The position numbers and the translations under genes were made by a program. A DNA stretch of 64,000 bases, from the NCBI RefSeq assembly GCF_006345805.1, contig NW_021832231.1, forward strand, positions 310,001-374,000, in the 5' to 3' direction. This document shows positions 30,450-43,385 of the stretch, piece after piece (position 1 is the stretch's first letter; each line of letters opens with the position of its first letter). The notes beneath the pieces were generated by a model. That model ran no database searches. It had not been told where the DNA came from and worked only from the letters and a program-made list of their open reading frames with translations. This DNA comes from Octopus sinensis. Taxonomy: Eukaryota.

Positions 30450-31197
30450 TACCTTTCCAAGTTCAATATGGGAATTTCGAAATTCAATATCGGGATTTCC
30501 AAATTAAATATGGGATTTTCAAGTTCAAGGATTTTCAAGTCGGTTATTGAATTCATTTATTAATTTAAAATCGCCTTACATTACAAAATGTACGTTATAA
30601 AAAGAAAGAATTAGCTGAAAAAAGAAAAAATTTGTTGACCGTTTACGAAAATGATGGGGATTGGAATCAAGTTGCATGTTCAGAATTTCGGAAACAGAGA
30701 TTGGAGGATTTAATTAAACAATCTATGGACGAAGTTACTCCAAAGATTTGTGCTAAGTTAATAGCCAGAATCCAAGGACTATTGCCTTCCTTATTAAATT
30801 ACAAGGACGTAACATTTTAATTTTTTCGTTTGATATAAATGAGTCATGATTTTTTTTTCAAATATTTTAAAATTAACTTGGAAAATCCCACTTTGAACTT
30901 GAAAATCCCATATTGAATTTGGAAAATCCGACTTTGAACTTGGAAGTCCCATATTGAATTTGGAAAATCCGACTTTGAACTTGGAAATCCCATATTGAAT
31001 TTGGAAAATCCGACTTTGAACTTGGAAGTCCCATATTGAATTTGGAAAATCCGACTTTGAACTTGGAAATCCCATATTGAATTTGGAAAATCCGACTTTG
31101 AACTTGGAAATCCCATATTGAATTTGGAAAATTCCACTTTGAACTTGGAAATTCCATATTGAATTTGGAAATTCCCATATTGAACTTGGAAAGGTAT
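30450..31197. mobile_element. Foldback/Tc1-like non-autonomous element with repeat-built terminal inverted repeats
   Basis: Inverted termini TACCTTTCCAAGTTCAATATGGGAATT flanked by TA; arms made of 20/21-bp subrepeats; centre holds a helical ORF remnant (30632-30820). Confidence 0.75.
30876..31190. repeat. Tandem array, 41-bp dimer of 20/21-bp units
   Basis: AAATCCCATATTGAATTTGG-AAAATCCGACTTTGAACTTGG repeated about 7 times. Confidence 0.92.
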
Positions 31198-31214
31198 AGA
31201 TTGATTAGTTTTTG

Positions 31215-32030
31215 AGAGGTGAATTTCTTCCAATTTCTGAAACCATATTGAAACTGGTTGCAAAAAAAATTTTTACAAAAATAAATTACGAATCACTCAA
31301 AGCATCAAATGGATGGCTCAACCGGTTCAAGAAAAGGCAAGATTTGCTATTTAAAAACTATAAGTGGAGAAAAGAATTCGTCTGACCTTTTTTCGTTGTC
31401 CAATTTTATCTCTGATTATGACAACTGTTTAGAATATGTGTGAAATAAAAATATTTTTAACTGTGACGAAACTGCTTTATACATAAATGGTTATGGAAAG
31501 TAAATCAAGATATGATCAATGAAAACAGAAAAATTGTTTTAATACTGGATAATGCGAGCTGTCACAGAAATGCAGAATATTCCACTGTTCATTTATTTTT
31601 TTTCCAAAAAAACGACCACTTCAATTCAACCCTTAGATATGGAAATAATAAGATCCTTCAAGTTCCTCTACTTCAATAAACTGATTGATTTTACCATTAT
31701 ATTTGAAAAAGAACAGCTCTCAGATTTGAAATCTGAATAATATCAATCTTCTACAACTCATTGCAGTTGTCGGGAAGGCATGGAGAATTATGCCGAAAAC
31801 AACGATAATTAATTGTTGGCAGAAAATTAACGAACACAGATTAGAAATTTCGGAAAATGTACAGTTGGACGAAGAATTAATAAATGAATTGATAGCAGAT
31901 GTTGTAATAATGGATTCGACAATATTATTCAGCAAAAAATCACTTATGATGGAAATGAATCCAAAAAATCATCAATTAAGGAAATCATGAACATAATGAA
32001 TTCTCTAGAAGATAATCTTTTAGTACATGC
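31215..32030 (+). mobile_element. pogo/Tigger transposase remnant
   Basis: LKASNGWLNRFKKR (CENP-B HTH), IFNCDETAL, TTSIQPLDMEIIRSFK, TIINCW. Confidence 0.75.
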
Positions 32031-32109
32031 CTACAAGGTTTAAAATTCTACTACGAATTTCTTTACGTTGTGAATTGGGTTCAGAGATTTAATTTTAGAG
32101 GATTAATAT

Positions 32110-32905
32110 CAAGAATGATTCGTGGCAAAATCGAGGTCACAATATAGATCAAAGTGTAACATGATATTTGTTTGAGATCTGCTTTGGCTGGAATATTCTT
32201 AGGATGTACATGAGTTCAGCTGTATTCTATGAAATGAGTTCAGATTTTTTATTTCATACATTGTGTCTAGGTAGAGAAGTTGTACAGCATGACCGGTTTT
32301 ACGAACATGTTGTATAATTTGATTATTAAAGAGTCAGAAATTTGTTTACCTCTTAGCCATATATTGTTTAGTCTTTTAAGACCAATAATTGCTAGTGATT
32401 TTCTGCGTAGTATGCTCTTTTTATCTCCTAAAAGAGTACCAAGTTTCTTTCTATGTCTTCATTTTTTTGTGTCGTTGTTTGCATCGTCTAACTATTGTAT
32501 ATTCTGTTTTCTTAGGGTTAATTTGTAGGAATGATTTTTCAAATGTGTTTGCCAATTTATCGACAATTTCTCCTAATTGGTGGTCTGTTTTCGTGAGATC
32601 TGTGTCATCTGATAGATGACTTCTGTTATATGCCTGGGGATATTGTTCTTGGCTTTTCGTAGAGTTGCCTCTAAGTATGCTATAAACAAAACCGGTGATA
32701 CGGCGTCTCGTTTAGGGGTAATCTTTTTTGTTCCAAATACTCTGGATTTCTGTTTTCCCAACTGAATAAATTGTTGAGTGGAGGATAGATGGTAACGAAT
32801 TATTCGAATGCAATCTTCCTTGAGTAGTAGTGTTAATATTTGTGACATCTTGACTCTGCTGATTGAGTCAAATGCTTTAGATAGGTTGATTCCCATTATG
32901 TGAAC
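32110..32905 (-). mobile_element. RTE-like RT remnant
   Basis: GINLSKAFDSISR and degenerate PQGD (PKRDAVSPVLFIAYLE). Confidence 0.65.
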
Positions 32906-33408
32906 ACAGATACGGTGTGGAGGTAAACAATAAAGAGTACGTCTCTGCTGCTAATTAACTTGCGGAGCTGGCATGTCGCGAGGACACTTAATGAAAAATT
33001 ACTTTAAAGCAAAAATAGAAAATGAAGGGAAGTTTGTGGCAAACTCTTCTTCAAAACAAAGAAGAAAAATTACTGACTATCGGGATTCTTAGTTAAATAA
33101 TTTAAAAATTAAAATTCAAAATTTAGTAGAAATTAGAGGGCTAAAAAACAAGATTGCCGGAAAAAATTGAGGGTTTATAAATTAAGGAAAGAATAATAGG
33201 AATAAATCAAGAATAAAAACAAATATGTCAAAAATAATTTGACATTTATTAATTTTGAAAAATAAATTCACTTTGACCAATGATTTCCATTATCCTAAAT
33301 TTGAGAAAATATTGTTACATGTAATTCAATTGGCAAATGAATAATATAAAAATATAGTAAAAGCAATTAATAAAAAATGTTTCGTTTTTTGCTATTTAAA
33401 TAAAAAAG

Positions 33409-34090
33409 GGTACTTGTAGATTTCATGCTGCACGAAATAAGGCTCTGGAATCATACCAATGGAAAAGACATGCGAAAAAATACATTTCATGGCCCTTCAG
33501 CGGGATAATACCACATGGGTGTGCAATAAAAGCGAGTGCCGAACTTATAGTTCTGTCAGAAACGGTATAATAAGAGAGAACTTTATTTTTAGGTACGTGG
33601 CTCGAAGGCACGACAGTGCCCTTAGCATCATGTATTCGTTTTATATATATGTGGAGCTTTGACAGACACACAATTTCATGGTGTCAGCGTCAATTGGAGT
33701 GGAGTAGCCAAACTATTTGTAATTGGTCTCACTCCCTGCGGGAGGTATGTGCTGATTATTTAGTTAATCGTCCGAACACATTGATTGGTATATTACTATA
33801 TTTGATTGTATAGGTGGAATTGGAAAAAGTGTTGAAGTAGACGAATGCATGTTTTCAAAAAGAAAGAATAATGCAGGACGGATTCTCCCTCAATAACTTT
33901 TTTACTTTGTCGGTATAGTCTTAACACCATTAAGACGTTAAGAATTCAAAATTTTATTTAAAAAAATTTATAATAATATTTACAAATTCGGCATTGTTCA
34001 TTTTTTTTAATTTTTCATATTTTTAATCAAAAAAATTTTCCAAAATTAAGTTAGAGCCTTATTTCGTGCAGCATGAAATCTACAAGTACC
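33409..34090 (+). mobile_element. Merlin (IS1016/IS1595-like) DNA transposon, internally deleted
   Basis: Perfect 38-bp TIR GGTACTTGTAGATTTCATGCTGCACGAAATAAGGCTCT; 8-bp TSD TAAAAAAG; transposase motif IGGIGKSVEVDECMFSKRKNNAGR. Confidence 0.92.
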
Positions 34091-34514
34091 TAAAAAAGTT
34101 ACGTAGCTTCCTTCACAATCACAAGCTAGAAAATTGTGCCAAATATATTCTAATGATTCTTCCAGGATCAAATTCAAGTATTCCATCAAATTTTATTTTT
34201 TAGACAACAAAAAATTTTTTTGATAACCGATGAGACTCAAATCCGAAACCAACGATATGTTGCGGTTTTGGTGGGGTCAATCAAACTCCCTAGAATTAAT
34301 TTGGTTTCATTCGAGCAAATTGATTCTGCACCTACAAAAAATATTATAGACCAGATTGTTTATGATACGATCCGAAATCTTATTTCGAAAGGGATAATTT
34401 TATGCTTTTTATTTCTGATGCTGCAAGGTATATGATGGCCGGTATTGTTTTAATTCATTTACGATTTAGCCGGGAAAGTTTTAAAAAATCTATATCCTAA
34501 TCTTTTCTATGTCA

Positions 34515-36020
34515 ATGCCACGATTGGAGGGCCGTGGGGAAAAGTTTTTGACGTTCTGTCACAAGCCGTGCCTGTACTACGAAAACTCGGACTTGATATA
34601 AATATAAAGAAATCGGAGCTGATAAATATCACATACTCGGAAAGTGATTTTATCAACGTGGTCAAGTCTTTCAAATCGATATTACCTGGGATTACTGTCT
34701 TACCTCGGGAGAGGGCATACTTTCTTGGGTGCCCACTTGGCGAAAAGGAACTGCGGTGCCATCTGCTGGAAAAAAACAAGGGTCTTTCTAGAGTTACGGA
34801 GAAACTCTCCTTACTCAATGCTCATACTGCATTCTTCCTTTTGAAAAATAGCATTGGCTTGCCTAAACTCCAATACGCTCTCCGTTGTTCTCCCTGCTTG
34901 GAACATCGAGACATTCTACAGACACTGGATAGGACTTTGAGAAGTTCAGCTGAATCGCTCCTGAACATCCACTTCGACGAACCTGGTTGGAATCAATGCA
35001 AGCTTCCTACACGCATCGGAGGAACGGGTCTCAGGTCGGCGCTGGATTTCGCATTCCCGGCATATCTGTCATCGCTTTCAAGCTGCAGTCATCTCGTCCA
35101 GGAAATCCTACGTAACACTACTGGACTCTCCTTGGACACAGTATTTGACAAGGCTTGCTTGCAGTGGAAGGAAGCCGGACTTTCAATCCCAGATGATGTC
35201 TCGAGACAGAATTGTTGGGACGCAATATCATGCAAGGCTGTCGTTGATGACCTGAAGCGGGAGTTGAACCAACACCGGCTCGTCTGTTTGCTATCCGGGG
35301 CACAGCACGGGAGTGGTGCATGGCTCCACGCATTTCCATGCAGTTCATTCGGTACGCTTATGGACGACGATTGTGTGAGAATCGGTGTTGCACAACGCTT
35401 GGGTCTTGACGTCTGTCAGGAACACAGATGCCGGTGTGGAGGAATAGTCGATTCCAAAGGACTACACCCTTTGTCTTGCAAGAGGAGTGCAGGTCGCGCT
35501 CCCCGCCATGCCGCACTCAACGACATAATACGACGGGCCCTCGAGAGCGCAGGATTTCCAGCACACCTGGAACCCATCGGGCTTGACCGGGGAGATGGCA
35601 GAAGGCCCGATGGGATAACTCTTTTCCCGTACTCCCAGGGAAAATCACTCGCATGGGATGCGACGTGCGTAGACACGTTCTCCCAGTCCATGATTCTTCG
35701 GAATATTCATTCGCCCGGTTGGGCTGCTAATGCAGCAGAAAAGGCGAAGATATCTAAGTATTTGGAGATCGGAAAACTTTTCCGTTTTGTTCCTATCTCG
35801 ATAGAGACGTCTGGTGTAGTGGGATCCAAAACCGCGGAATTTCTCAAGGAAATTGGGGCGATGCTGGCTAAACGAAGGAGGGACAGTCGCGAGGGGTATT
35901 GGCTTCGCCAACGTATCGGAATTGCAGTTCTTCGTGGCAACACGCACGCGATACTGGCTGCCGGAGCGTGACGATTTATAATATAAAACTAATCTAGCTT
36001 CAAAAAAAAAAAAAAAAAAA
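34515..36020 (+). mobile_element. CRE-like non-LTR retrotransposon, 5'-truncated, with uninterrupted 3' ORF (RT thumb, zinc knuckle, REL) and A-tract
   Basis: 467-aa ORF with LP.R.GG.G, CRCG..VDSKGLHPLSC, RH..LND, RPDG, WDATC, ETSG, RGN; A-run at 36002-36020. Confidence 0.92.
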
Positions 36021-36889
36021 TTAACTAATTAATAATATCAATTTAATATAAAATTGCGTTTTTCATATTTTACATAATTGTTCAATGGAGGTCAGAAAAT
36101 CTTATCCAGAAGTCGATGATGTGATAGCTAGCGTACATGCTATTAGAAAGAATCAAAAGCGACAATTGTTGTTTTCAAAATTGAAATTCCACCAAAAGTC
36201 GTATTGACTAGATGGGGTACCTGGTTAAAAGCTGCATCTTATTATTCAAAAAATTTAATCTCAGTGATTAATATTTTCGAGTTAATTGAGAACAAGGGAA
36301 TTTTAGTAACTTCTACGAAGAGTGCATTGAAAAATGACAGATTAGTACAAGTTTATGTGCAATTTCGCATTGCCATTCACACATTTCAGGTTGTTTATAG
36401 AAAAAATATTAAAATTTGAGAGTAACGAATGCACAATAGGCTACGCATATTTGACTCCTAGTTTAATGGAATTTGGGAAAGATGAAATAGAGGTTAAAAA
36501 ATATTTGGAGAAGAGAATTTCGGAAAGCGATCTAACGAAAATTATTAATATGGAATACAAAAATATCTCTTTTGAAGATTATTCATTCCTTCAAAACTGT
36601 CAGCCATCCTCAGCATCTGTCGAACGATGCTTTTCGCAATTCAGGAGTTTCTTGAGGTTAAATAGAAACTTTAGTACTCAAAATCTGGAAAATTACGTTA
36701 TGTCAATTTTCAATAAATTTTCCTTAAAATAAGTTTTGTCTTCTATTATCTCGTATAAAAGTTTAAACTAAGAACTTTACACGTTTAAGTTAAGAAAAAA
36801 TAATTATTTTTTTAATTTTAAAGTTAAAAATTTTGGTTTATAGGTTAATAAAGTTAACTTTTTAAGGTTAATTTTTTTCAATTTTTCTG

Positions 36890-37610
36890 GCTTGCTTATT
36901 GGCCGCCCCGCAACCATATTCTGGTGCATGGCTTACAGCAATCCCTATGGCGTCAATCGGCACCTTAATGGACAACGACTGTGTAAGGATTTCCGTCTCT
37001 CTCCGCCTCGGACTTCCCATTTGCAGAACACACCAGTGCCGCTGCGGTTTAAGAGTGGACTCATTTGGCCATCATCCCCTCTCCTGCTCACGTAGTGCCG
37101 GACGTTTCCCACGACACGCCGCCATCAACGACACCGTGAGCCGTGCCCTAACGACGGCGGGGTTTCCTAATGAGCTCGAACCAGTCGGGTTCGACAGAGG
37201 CGACGGTAAGCGTCCGAATGGCATGTCAATCTTCCCGTTTGAAAAGGGGAAATGCCTTATCTGGGACGCCACCTGTTCCGACACTTTCTCCGCCAAGAAT
37301 CTAATTGTCTCCGCTACGGAACCGGGCTCAGTTGCAAAGCAGGCGGAACTAACAAAACAGAAGAAGTACCGGATCCTGGCAAAGAATCACCAATTCACTG
37401 CAGTCGCGGTGGAAACCTCTGGAGTCATCGGCCCGCAGACGCTATCGTTTCTCCGCCGCCTTGGATCTAAGCTCGTGGTTACCACGAAAGATCCCAACGA
37501 GTCGATCAGACTCTTTCAAAGGATCTCATTGGCCATCATGCGCGGGAATTGCCAGTCGATCCGCTGCGCATTTTAACTCTTTTTGTTTGATATATTTAAT
37601 TTCAATTTAA
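36890..37610 (+). mobile_element. CRE-like 3' fragment (zinc knuckle plus REL)
   Basis: SGAWL..IP, CRCG...DSFGHHPLSC, RPNG, WDATC, ETSG, RGN. Confidence 0.9.
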
Positions 37611-38289
37611 AAAAAATTTTTTATGGTTTAAAAATATTCGTCCTAGTTATAATATTTTTCCTACAATTTCAAATACTACACATAGGAGCAATAAAAAGCA
37701 TTAAAATTTCATTCCAACAATTCACGTTGAAATTTATTTTTTTATATTATTGAGTTTTGTTTTTGCTTTTAATTGAACAAAAAAACTATCTTATCGTTCG
37801 TGAATATTATTTTTTTAAATCATTTAAAAGCATCACTTGCAGTTGCATTGGTTTTTTCAATATATAATATTGTTTAATTGAATATAGTCAGCTGGCCTTG
37901 AAATAACAAAAGATAAATCTGTCCATACGGATTTTCGAAAAAATTCCTAATTAAAAAATATACCTAATTAGATTAGGGAAGTCTTTATAAGATAAAAATA
38001 TGATTCTAAGCCTTTATATAAATGGAGAATCCATATTTTATGCTTTTTTGATGATAAGTGAGCCTTTATATTAGAGCAACCTCCATGAAAAATTGAGAAA
38101 CGCAAATAGCATAGCATGCATTCAGGGGTATGATCGTTTCCATATTTTTAAGAAATGGATAATAATAGTTTGGTTAAAAATATACGTTCTCTTTGATCGA
38201 AATGCATCACAAACAATTTTTAAAGAACGTGCTATATTAACAAACGTTTGCTTAGCCGCTGCTTTTATTTTTTACGAGTTTATTCTATA

Positions 38290-38945
38290 AAGTTCCTGCA
38301 GATAGATTGAGATTAATCGGTTTTATGGTTTGTGATATTTTTGTGGAATAGTTCGTTCTGTAGATAAAATTGTTTCTTAAGAGTTTGACTGCATATAACT
38401 TCTCTGTTTTTAATTCTGTTAATCAAAATCTTCTTTTAAGAAAGAGTTTGATGACCAATAGTTTATGGTCACTCGATGTTAGCGTTCCTCCATATGTTGG
38501 GGCATCAATGAGTAAAGCTTTCTGTGATTGTCGACACAGAAAGTAATCAATTTGGTTATATATTTTGATTACTTGTCTTTCTGAGTCCCGACGTTCTCCC
38601 GTCCAGGTCGTGATATGTTACGCAGCGTGCTGGAAAGCCGTGTTGCAATTGAATAATTTTTATTGTTGGTGAAGTTGGCCATGGCTGCTTTAGAAATGTT
38701 CCTCCGACCTCTCTAATAGATACCCATGAAGCTTAGTTCTCGGCTCCTTTTACAATCTTTGCATTCCAATCTCCGCCTATGTAAAATAGATAGCTCGTTG
38801 ATATTTCTATAAAGGTTGTGGATAGTGAACTGTAAAAGTCATCCAGTTCCGTTGAGTTTTTAGACGTTTTTTGAGATGTAGGTGCATATACATTTATAAT
38901 TGTAATTTTAAAGTTAGATCTAATATTCAGTTGAATTACAAAAAC
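38290..38945 (-). mobile_element. RTE-like APE endonuclease remnant
   Basis: IINVYAPTS...DDFYSSL...GGDWNAKI; NQIDYFL and SDHKL downstream. Confidence 0.75.
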
Positions 38946-38949
38946 ACAA

Positions 38950-39555
38950 ACACAGTGGCTTCTGGCTTGAAGCTTTCCCGTCGGCATTAACGGGCTCGTT
39001 GTTGGTTGAAGAGAATCTCCGAATTGGAGTTGCTCTCCGGTTGGGTCTTGACATCTGCATTCCCTACCGGTGTCGATGTGGAGGAATAGTGGATGCAAAA
39101 GGTCTGCACCCCCATTCACGTGCCGCCATAGCGCAGGCCGCTCTCCTCGTCATGGGGCACTCAACGACGTCATCTTGAGAGTACTTAATGCAGCTGGTTT
39201 TCCAAATGTACCTGAACCAGTGGTCTGAACGGAGAGGACGGCAAGCGGCCGGATGGGATGACAACCTTTCCATTCCAAAGTGGAAAATGCCTCATCTGGG
39301 ACGCAATTTACACAGAAACTTGGTCCCCATCCGCATCTTCTTCTGGATCCGCGGCTTTGGCGGAAGCCCAAAAAATAGAAAAGAACAGAAAACTCGCCGC
39401 CCTACATTCATATGTCTTTCTTGCATTCGGAACCTCCAAAGCATTTGGCCCCCAAGCATCGAAATTCCTGCAAGACGTCGGCCTCCTTATCGCTTGGAGG
39501 AAAATGGATGCACGTGAATCCTCTTGGCTGAAATAAAGGATCTCTACTTGGCCCG
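38950..39555 (+). mobile_element. CRE-like 3' fragment, decayed
   Basis: [36 protein letters not shown]. Confidence 0.8.
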
Positions 39556-39894
39556 GAGTTAATACTCGAACTCTTTAAATTGTTTTTTATTAAAAAACAC
39601 AAATTACGGAAATTCTGTGATTTACTTTCCATATTCTTTTGATATTTTCTTAGTCTGATATCTACCGCAAAACCCATCCCGTAGTGGTGGCAGTCCGATG
39701 GAAGCAGGATAAGGTCTTGGTCAACATTTGTTTAAAAACCTTTGATTTTGATCTCTTGCAGGCAGCAGATAATGTTGTATCGTTTCTGGCAGAGTGATAA
39801 AAGAGTAATCAATAATCTAGTATAAATTTTATTAATAGAAAATGCTTCCCTTTTCTTCTCATGTAGTTCAATTTTTGTTATTAATTTTCTTTTG

Positions 39895-40570
39895 CACCGG
39901 GAAAACTCGAGGAATGGTTCCTAACCATGAACATGATCAAGACTGAAGTTGTTGACATATCACGTTCGGACACTTATGGAAACATGGAGACTGTCAAAAA
40001 AGCTTGGTTCAGTTCTTGGAGGCGGGAGAACATCATTCACAGAAAGACTCTCGCCCCTGCTGCTCTATAAGCAGTCATGAAGGATTGGTTACGACATTAT
40101 CCTGTGCACCCATCACTACGTTCTAGAATCTAGAATGTTTTTGTTAAACCCGTCTTACTGTAATATTCATCTACATAGGGTATCTCCGACACCGAACTAA
40201 AGAATCTATTTTTTCACAAAAATCAGCTCTGTGTCTTAAATGGCCTACATTAGCCTAAGAAAATCAACAACTAATCACTCTACAGACTCAGTAACTCGAT
40301 ACCAACTAGCCGAGACATCATAGACGGCCGCTGGAGGCTATTCTGGCACATCATGAGAATAGATTCAACTGCACTTGCTTACCAGGCCATGGAAGAATAC
40401 TTTCTGACTTGGAGGATTCCGAACAACATCGCCTGCTGTTTTGCAACATGATTTAATCCGCGTGGAGAAAACCCTAAACAACTGTAATAGCCAGGATAAA
40501 CTCCACAGGTAAGCTAGAAACCGCAGAAGTTGGATAATTATGGTTAAAAAATCATATCGTGTGTGGGACG
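39895..40570 (+). mobile_element. RTE-like 3' remnant(s)
   Basis: VKPVLL, RWRLFWHIMR, LARNRRSW fragments, similar to the 8300 element. Confidence 0.55.
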
Positions 40571-40671
40571 TGTGGGAATGCACCTCTTTCTGTTCATGTC
40601 CATACGGGATGTGCTATAATAATAAATTGCCTGAAATATAACTTTATTAGATAAAAATTAATAGAAAAAAT

Positions 40672-41646
40672 ATGATAATGGATCTAAGTGGTGTTTTTAA
40701 AACGTTGAAATTTGTTCGTGTCTTAAGACAAGATAAAACATCAAACACAATATTTTGTCTATTCAAACACAATCAACACGACGCGATTGTAATCATGCAG
40801 CACTCAAATCTAAACGTCACCAAAATCAATCAAATTGTCGACTTTGAAGCAAACAAATTTTCAAATCAAATTTCTAACGACATCTATCATCGATGCCATT
40901 TGAAAACGTGTTCTGATTTCCTGGGAAAGAATTATTTATATGCTTATTTTTAGAATTAAACACAACTCTAATTTGTCCAGCCACCCCTCTCCACATTGAG
41001 AAATACAGCGAGCCATCTTCTTTTGTCATGTTAAGAGAAACTGGCGAAGAATACATCAATGCAGTCCTCCCTTACCTAAAAACGTGCCAATTTAATACCA
41101 CAGTACTTTGTCTACTTTATTTTTAGTGGATTCAAAACCTCTTGGCCAGTGATTGTGAAAAAGTGATTTTTCGAGATTCCGATCCTTCAACAGGATTCGT
41201 GATGGTCCCGGATCTAAAGTGGAATCAAAATGCGCTGGATGAACTCTACACTCTAGCTATCTGCAATCGAGGCGACATTATGAGCATTCGAGATCTCCGA
41301 CAAAGTCATATTCCCCTCCTCAGAAACATTTTGGAGAGCGGAATGGTTAGATTCTGTGATTAATCATACTTAGAGAGAAATTGAGCGAGAGTATGCTTTT
41401 CCGAGAGCTTCCTTGCGAGTGTTTGTTCATTACCAACCCACATTTTATCATTTTCATGTTCATTTTGTGAGTTTGAAAAGTGGACTGACTGGTTATGGTG
41501 TGGGGAAAGCACACTTATTGGAGGATATTATCGAAAATTTGAACTGGGATTCCGATTATTATGTAAAAAGGACAATTTCGTGTGTTCTACCTGGAGATAG
41601 TCCTTTGCTCTCCCAAATCAACCACTACAGAGATTCCAATAAATGA
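40672..41646 (+). CDS. DCPS: m7GpppX diphosphatase (scavenger decapping enzyme)
   Basis: SNDIY, TTLICPATPLHIEKY, GFVMVPDLKW, SIRDL...HIPLLRNI, HIT motif HYQPTFYHFHVHF, GKAHLL. Confidence 0.93.
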
Positions 41647-42108
41647 ATTAGTTTTGTAAACTGGACTTTTTCCTTTCTTTGTTGACTTTCTTTGTCTTTG
41701 TAAATTTTTTTGATTTTTGCAATATTCCTCTTTATTTTAACTGATATTCTCTTAATTCAAAATGTCATAAACATTAAAGTTCATATCATAAACAACCAAA
41801 TGCAGAATTCCATCAAGCACATAACATAAGGATACATTATTGACAAAATTAAATACTTTCATTAGACCAGGTGCTGTAAAATTTTTCAGTCCTTTTATTT
41901 AATGATGGGAAGCTAAGTGCGATAATATTGAATGTGTTGCGAAAATAACATCAGTCTTTATCATACCATGCAGAACTTTCTCGGTAAGTCTTAATATTTT
42001 TTTTAGATTTACATGTTTAAAACTCGAATTTTAAAACAATGCTCAAATCAACTTATTTTTATCAATCAAAAAAGTAATTTAAAAACGAAAAATCAAAGAA
42101 AAAGTAAA

Positions 42109-42663
42109 TTATTTAAGAGGAATAAATCTAGATGAATGCGTGGCACCATGTCCTGGTCTCCCGTGTTGTACGGGCTTGTAAGTCATTGAAAATTCTCCCA
42201 AATAACGTCCAACCATCTCAGGCTGACAAATAACCCAGTAATAATCAAACCTTAATTTCTACTTTATTGTATATCTTTCCACTATATACTCCAATAACGG
42301 AACCAATCATGACTGGATCCACAATCACGTTCCTTAAGTGGGTTTTTACTGTCTTAAAAATATTTGTGATAAAGATACTTTGGGCTTCTCATACTCGGCT
42401 GCCTCCTTCTTTGCCTTTGCAAGTTTTGACAAAAGTTTGATTTCTCCACGTTTTCCTGCACATCGCCTCATATGTCGTCGAGCTCGGGAAGTCGTCAACT
42501 CAGCAAACTCGGTCCTGTTGGATGCGTCAATAGGATTTTAACCTCGACAGCTGAAGCAGTTTTTCTACATTATATCCTCTGTATGTAAATCGTTGAAATG
42601 TTCTACGTTTTTGTACTGGTTTATCAGCCTAAAAATATATTAATAAATATGAGAAAACACCAT
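42109..42663 (-). CDS. RPS15: 40S ribosomal protein S15 (uS19)
   Basis: [59 protein letters not shown]; ATG-only first coding exon; four introns. Confidence 0.95.
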
Positions 42664-42790
42664 CACAGCACACTTAACAATAAGACACGTTTATTTAAAT
42701 AATTTAATAGTTTCAATTATATATAAAAAAAATATTATAATTATTTTAATATTTCCTTATATCAACTTAGGACAAATTTTTACAACTGTG

Positions 42791-43019
42791 ATGTCAGAAT
42801 GTCAAGAAAAGAAATCAAGTCTAAGCAAAAATAGAGAGGCTTTTTGGATCGTTTAGACTTGCTTACAAGCCTCAGTAAAATTAGGTGGAAAATTTGCTAC
42901 CTCAGAGCACTTGGTGTAAATTCAAATTAATTAACCAGCTTGTATTTTCGTTATTTATATGAACTTGGTTTATTGGTGGCCTAAACTTGATGCCCACAAT
43001 ATCGAAACTGATATAAAGA
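42791..43019 (+). CDS. Possible small membrane protein divergent from RPS15
   Basis: Open stretch GFLDRLDLLTSLSKIRWKICYLRAL, a 25-nt GT-AG intron, then ACIFVIYMNLVYWWPK...*; start unclear. Confidence 0.3.
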
Positions 43020-43199
43020 ATTATGACAAAACGCTTTAAATCAAACGCAAGGAATTTAGTATACGGGTTGGTCGATGCTCACATTATTAATTAGGCAGTA
43101 AATTACTCACCATTAATTCACGTTTTTCAGAATTTCCCTTAACTCTGATATCCTTTGGTCAAGATCTATTTGTTATTTGTGATTTGGGGAAACCCAGGT

Positions 43200-43385
43200 A
43201 ATCCACCACTTTAGGAGTCGGCAAAAGCTGGCTTGCTAGGCATTGGTGGCTTTTTAAATCTTAACTAGGCTCTTCTTGAAAAAAGCCACTAGAAAGAGAC
43301 GAGCTGGCTTTTTCAGAAAATCTCGGTCGCCGTGCTCCGCGGAAACTGTCATTCAACACACAATGCGGCGTCGTTGGGGTGACCA
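43200..43385 (+). mobile_element. CRE-like extreme 3' fragment
   Basis: WLFQKISVAVLRGNCHS motif; followed by a hAT end (...TTTGCCGACCCCTG at ~43723). Confidence 0.6.

Larger units (their letters stand above)
33130..37645 (+). mobile_element. hAT-like host transposon, split by one Merlin and two CRE insertions
   Basis: DETQ, SDAARYM, LKNLYPNLFYVN|CVFHILHNC (rejoined across the CRE), TRWGTWLKAASYY, SASVERCFS; same family as 22944-24326. Confidence 0.75.

Noticed and set aside
30794-31263. Repetitive ORFs (FPSSKSDFPNSIWDFQVQ...)
   Set aside because: Open in all three frames because the 41-bp repeat is stop-free; these are not genes.
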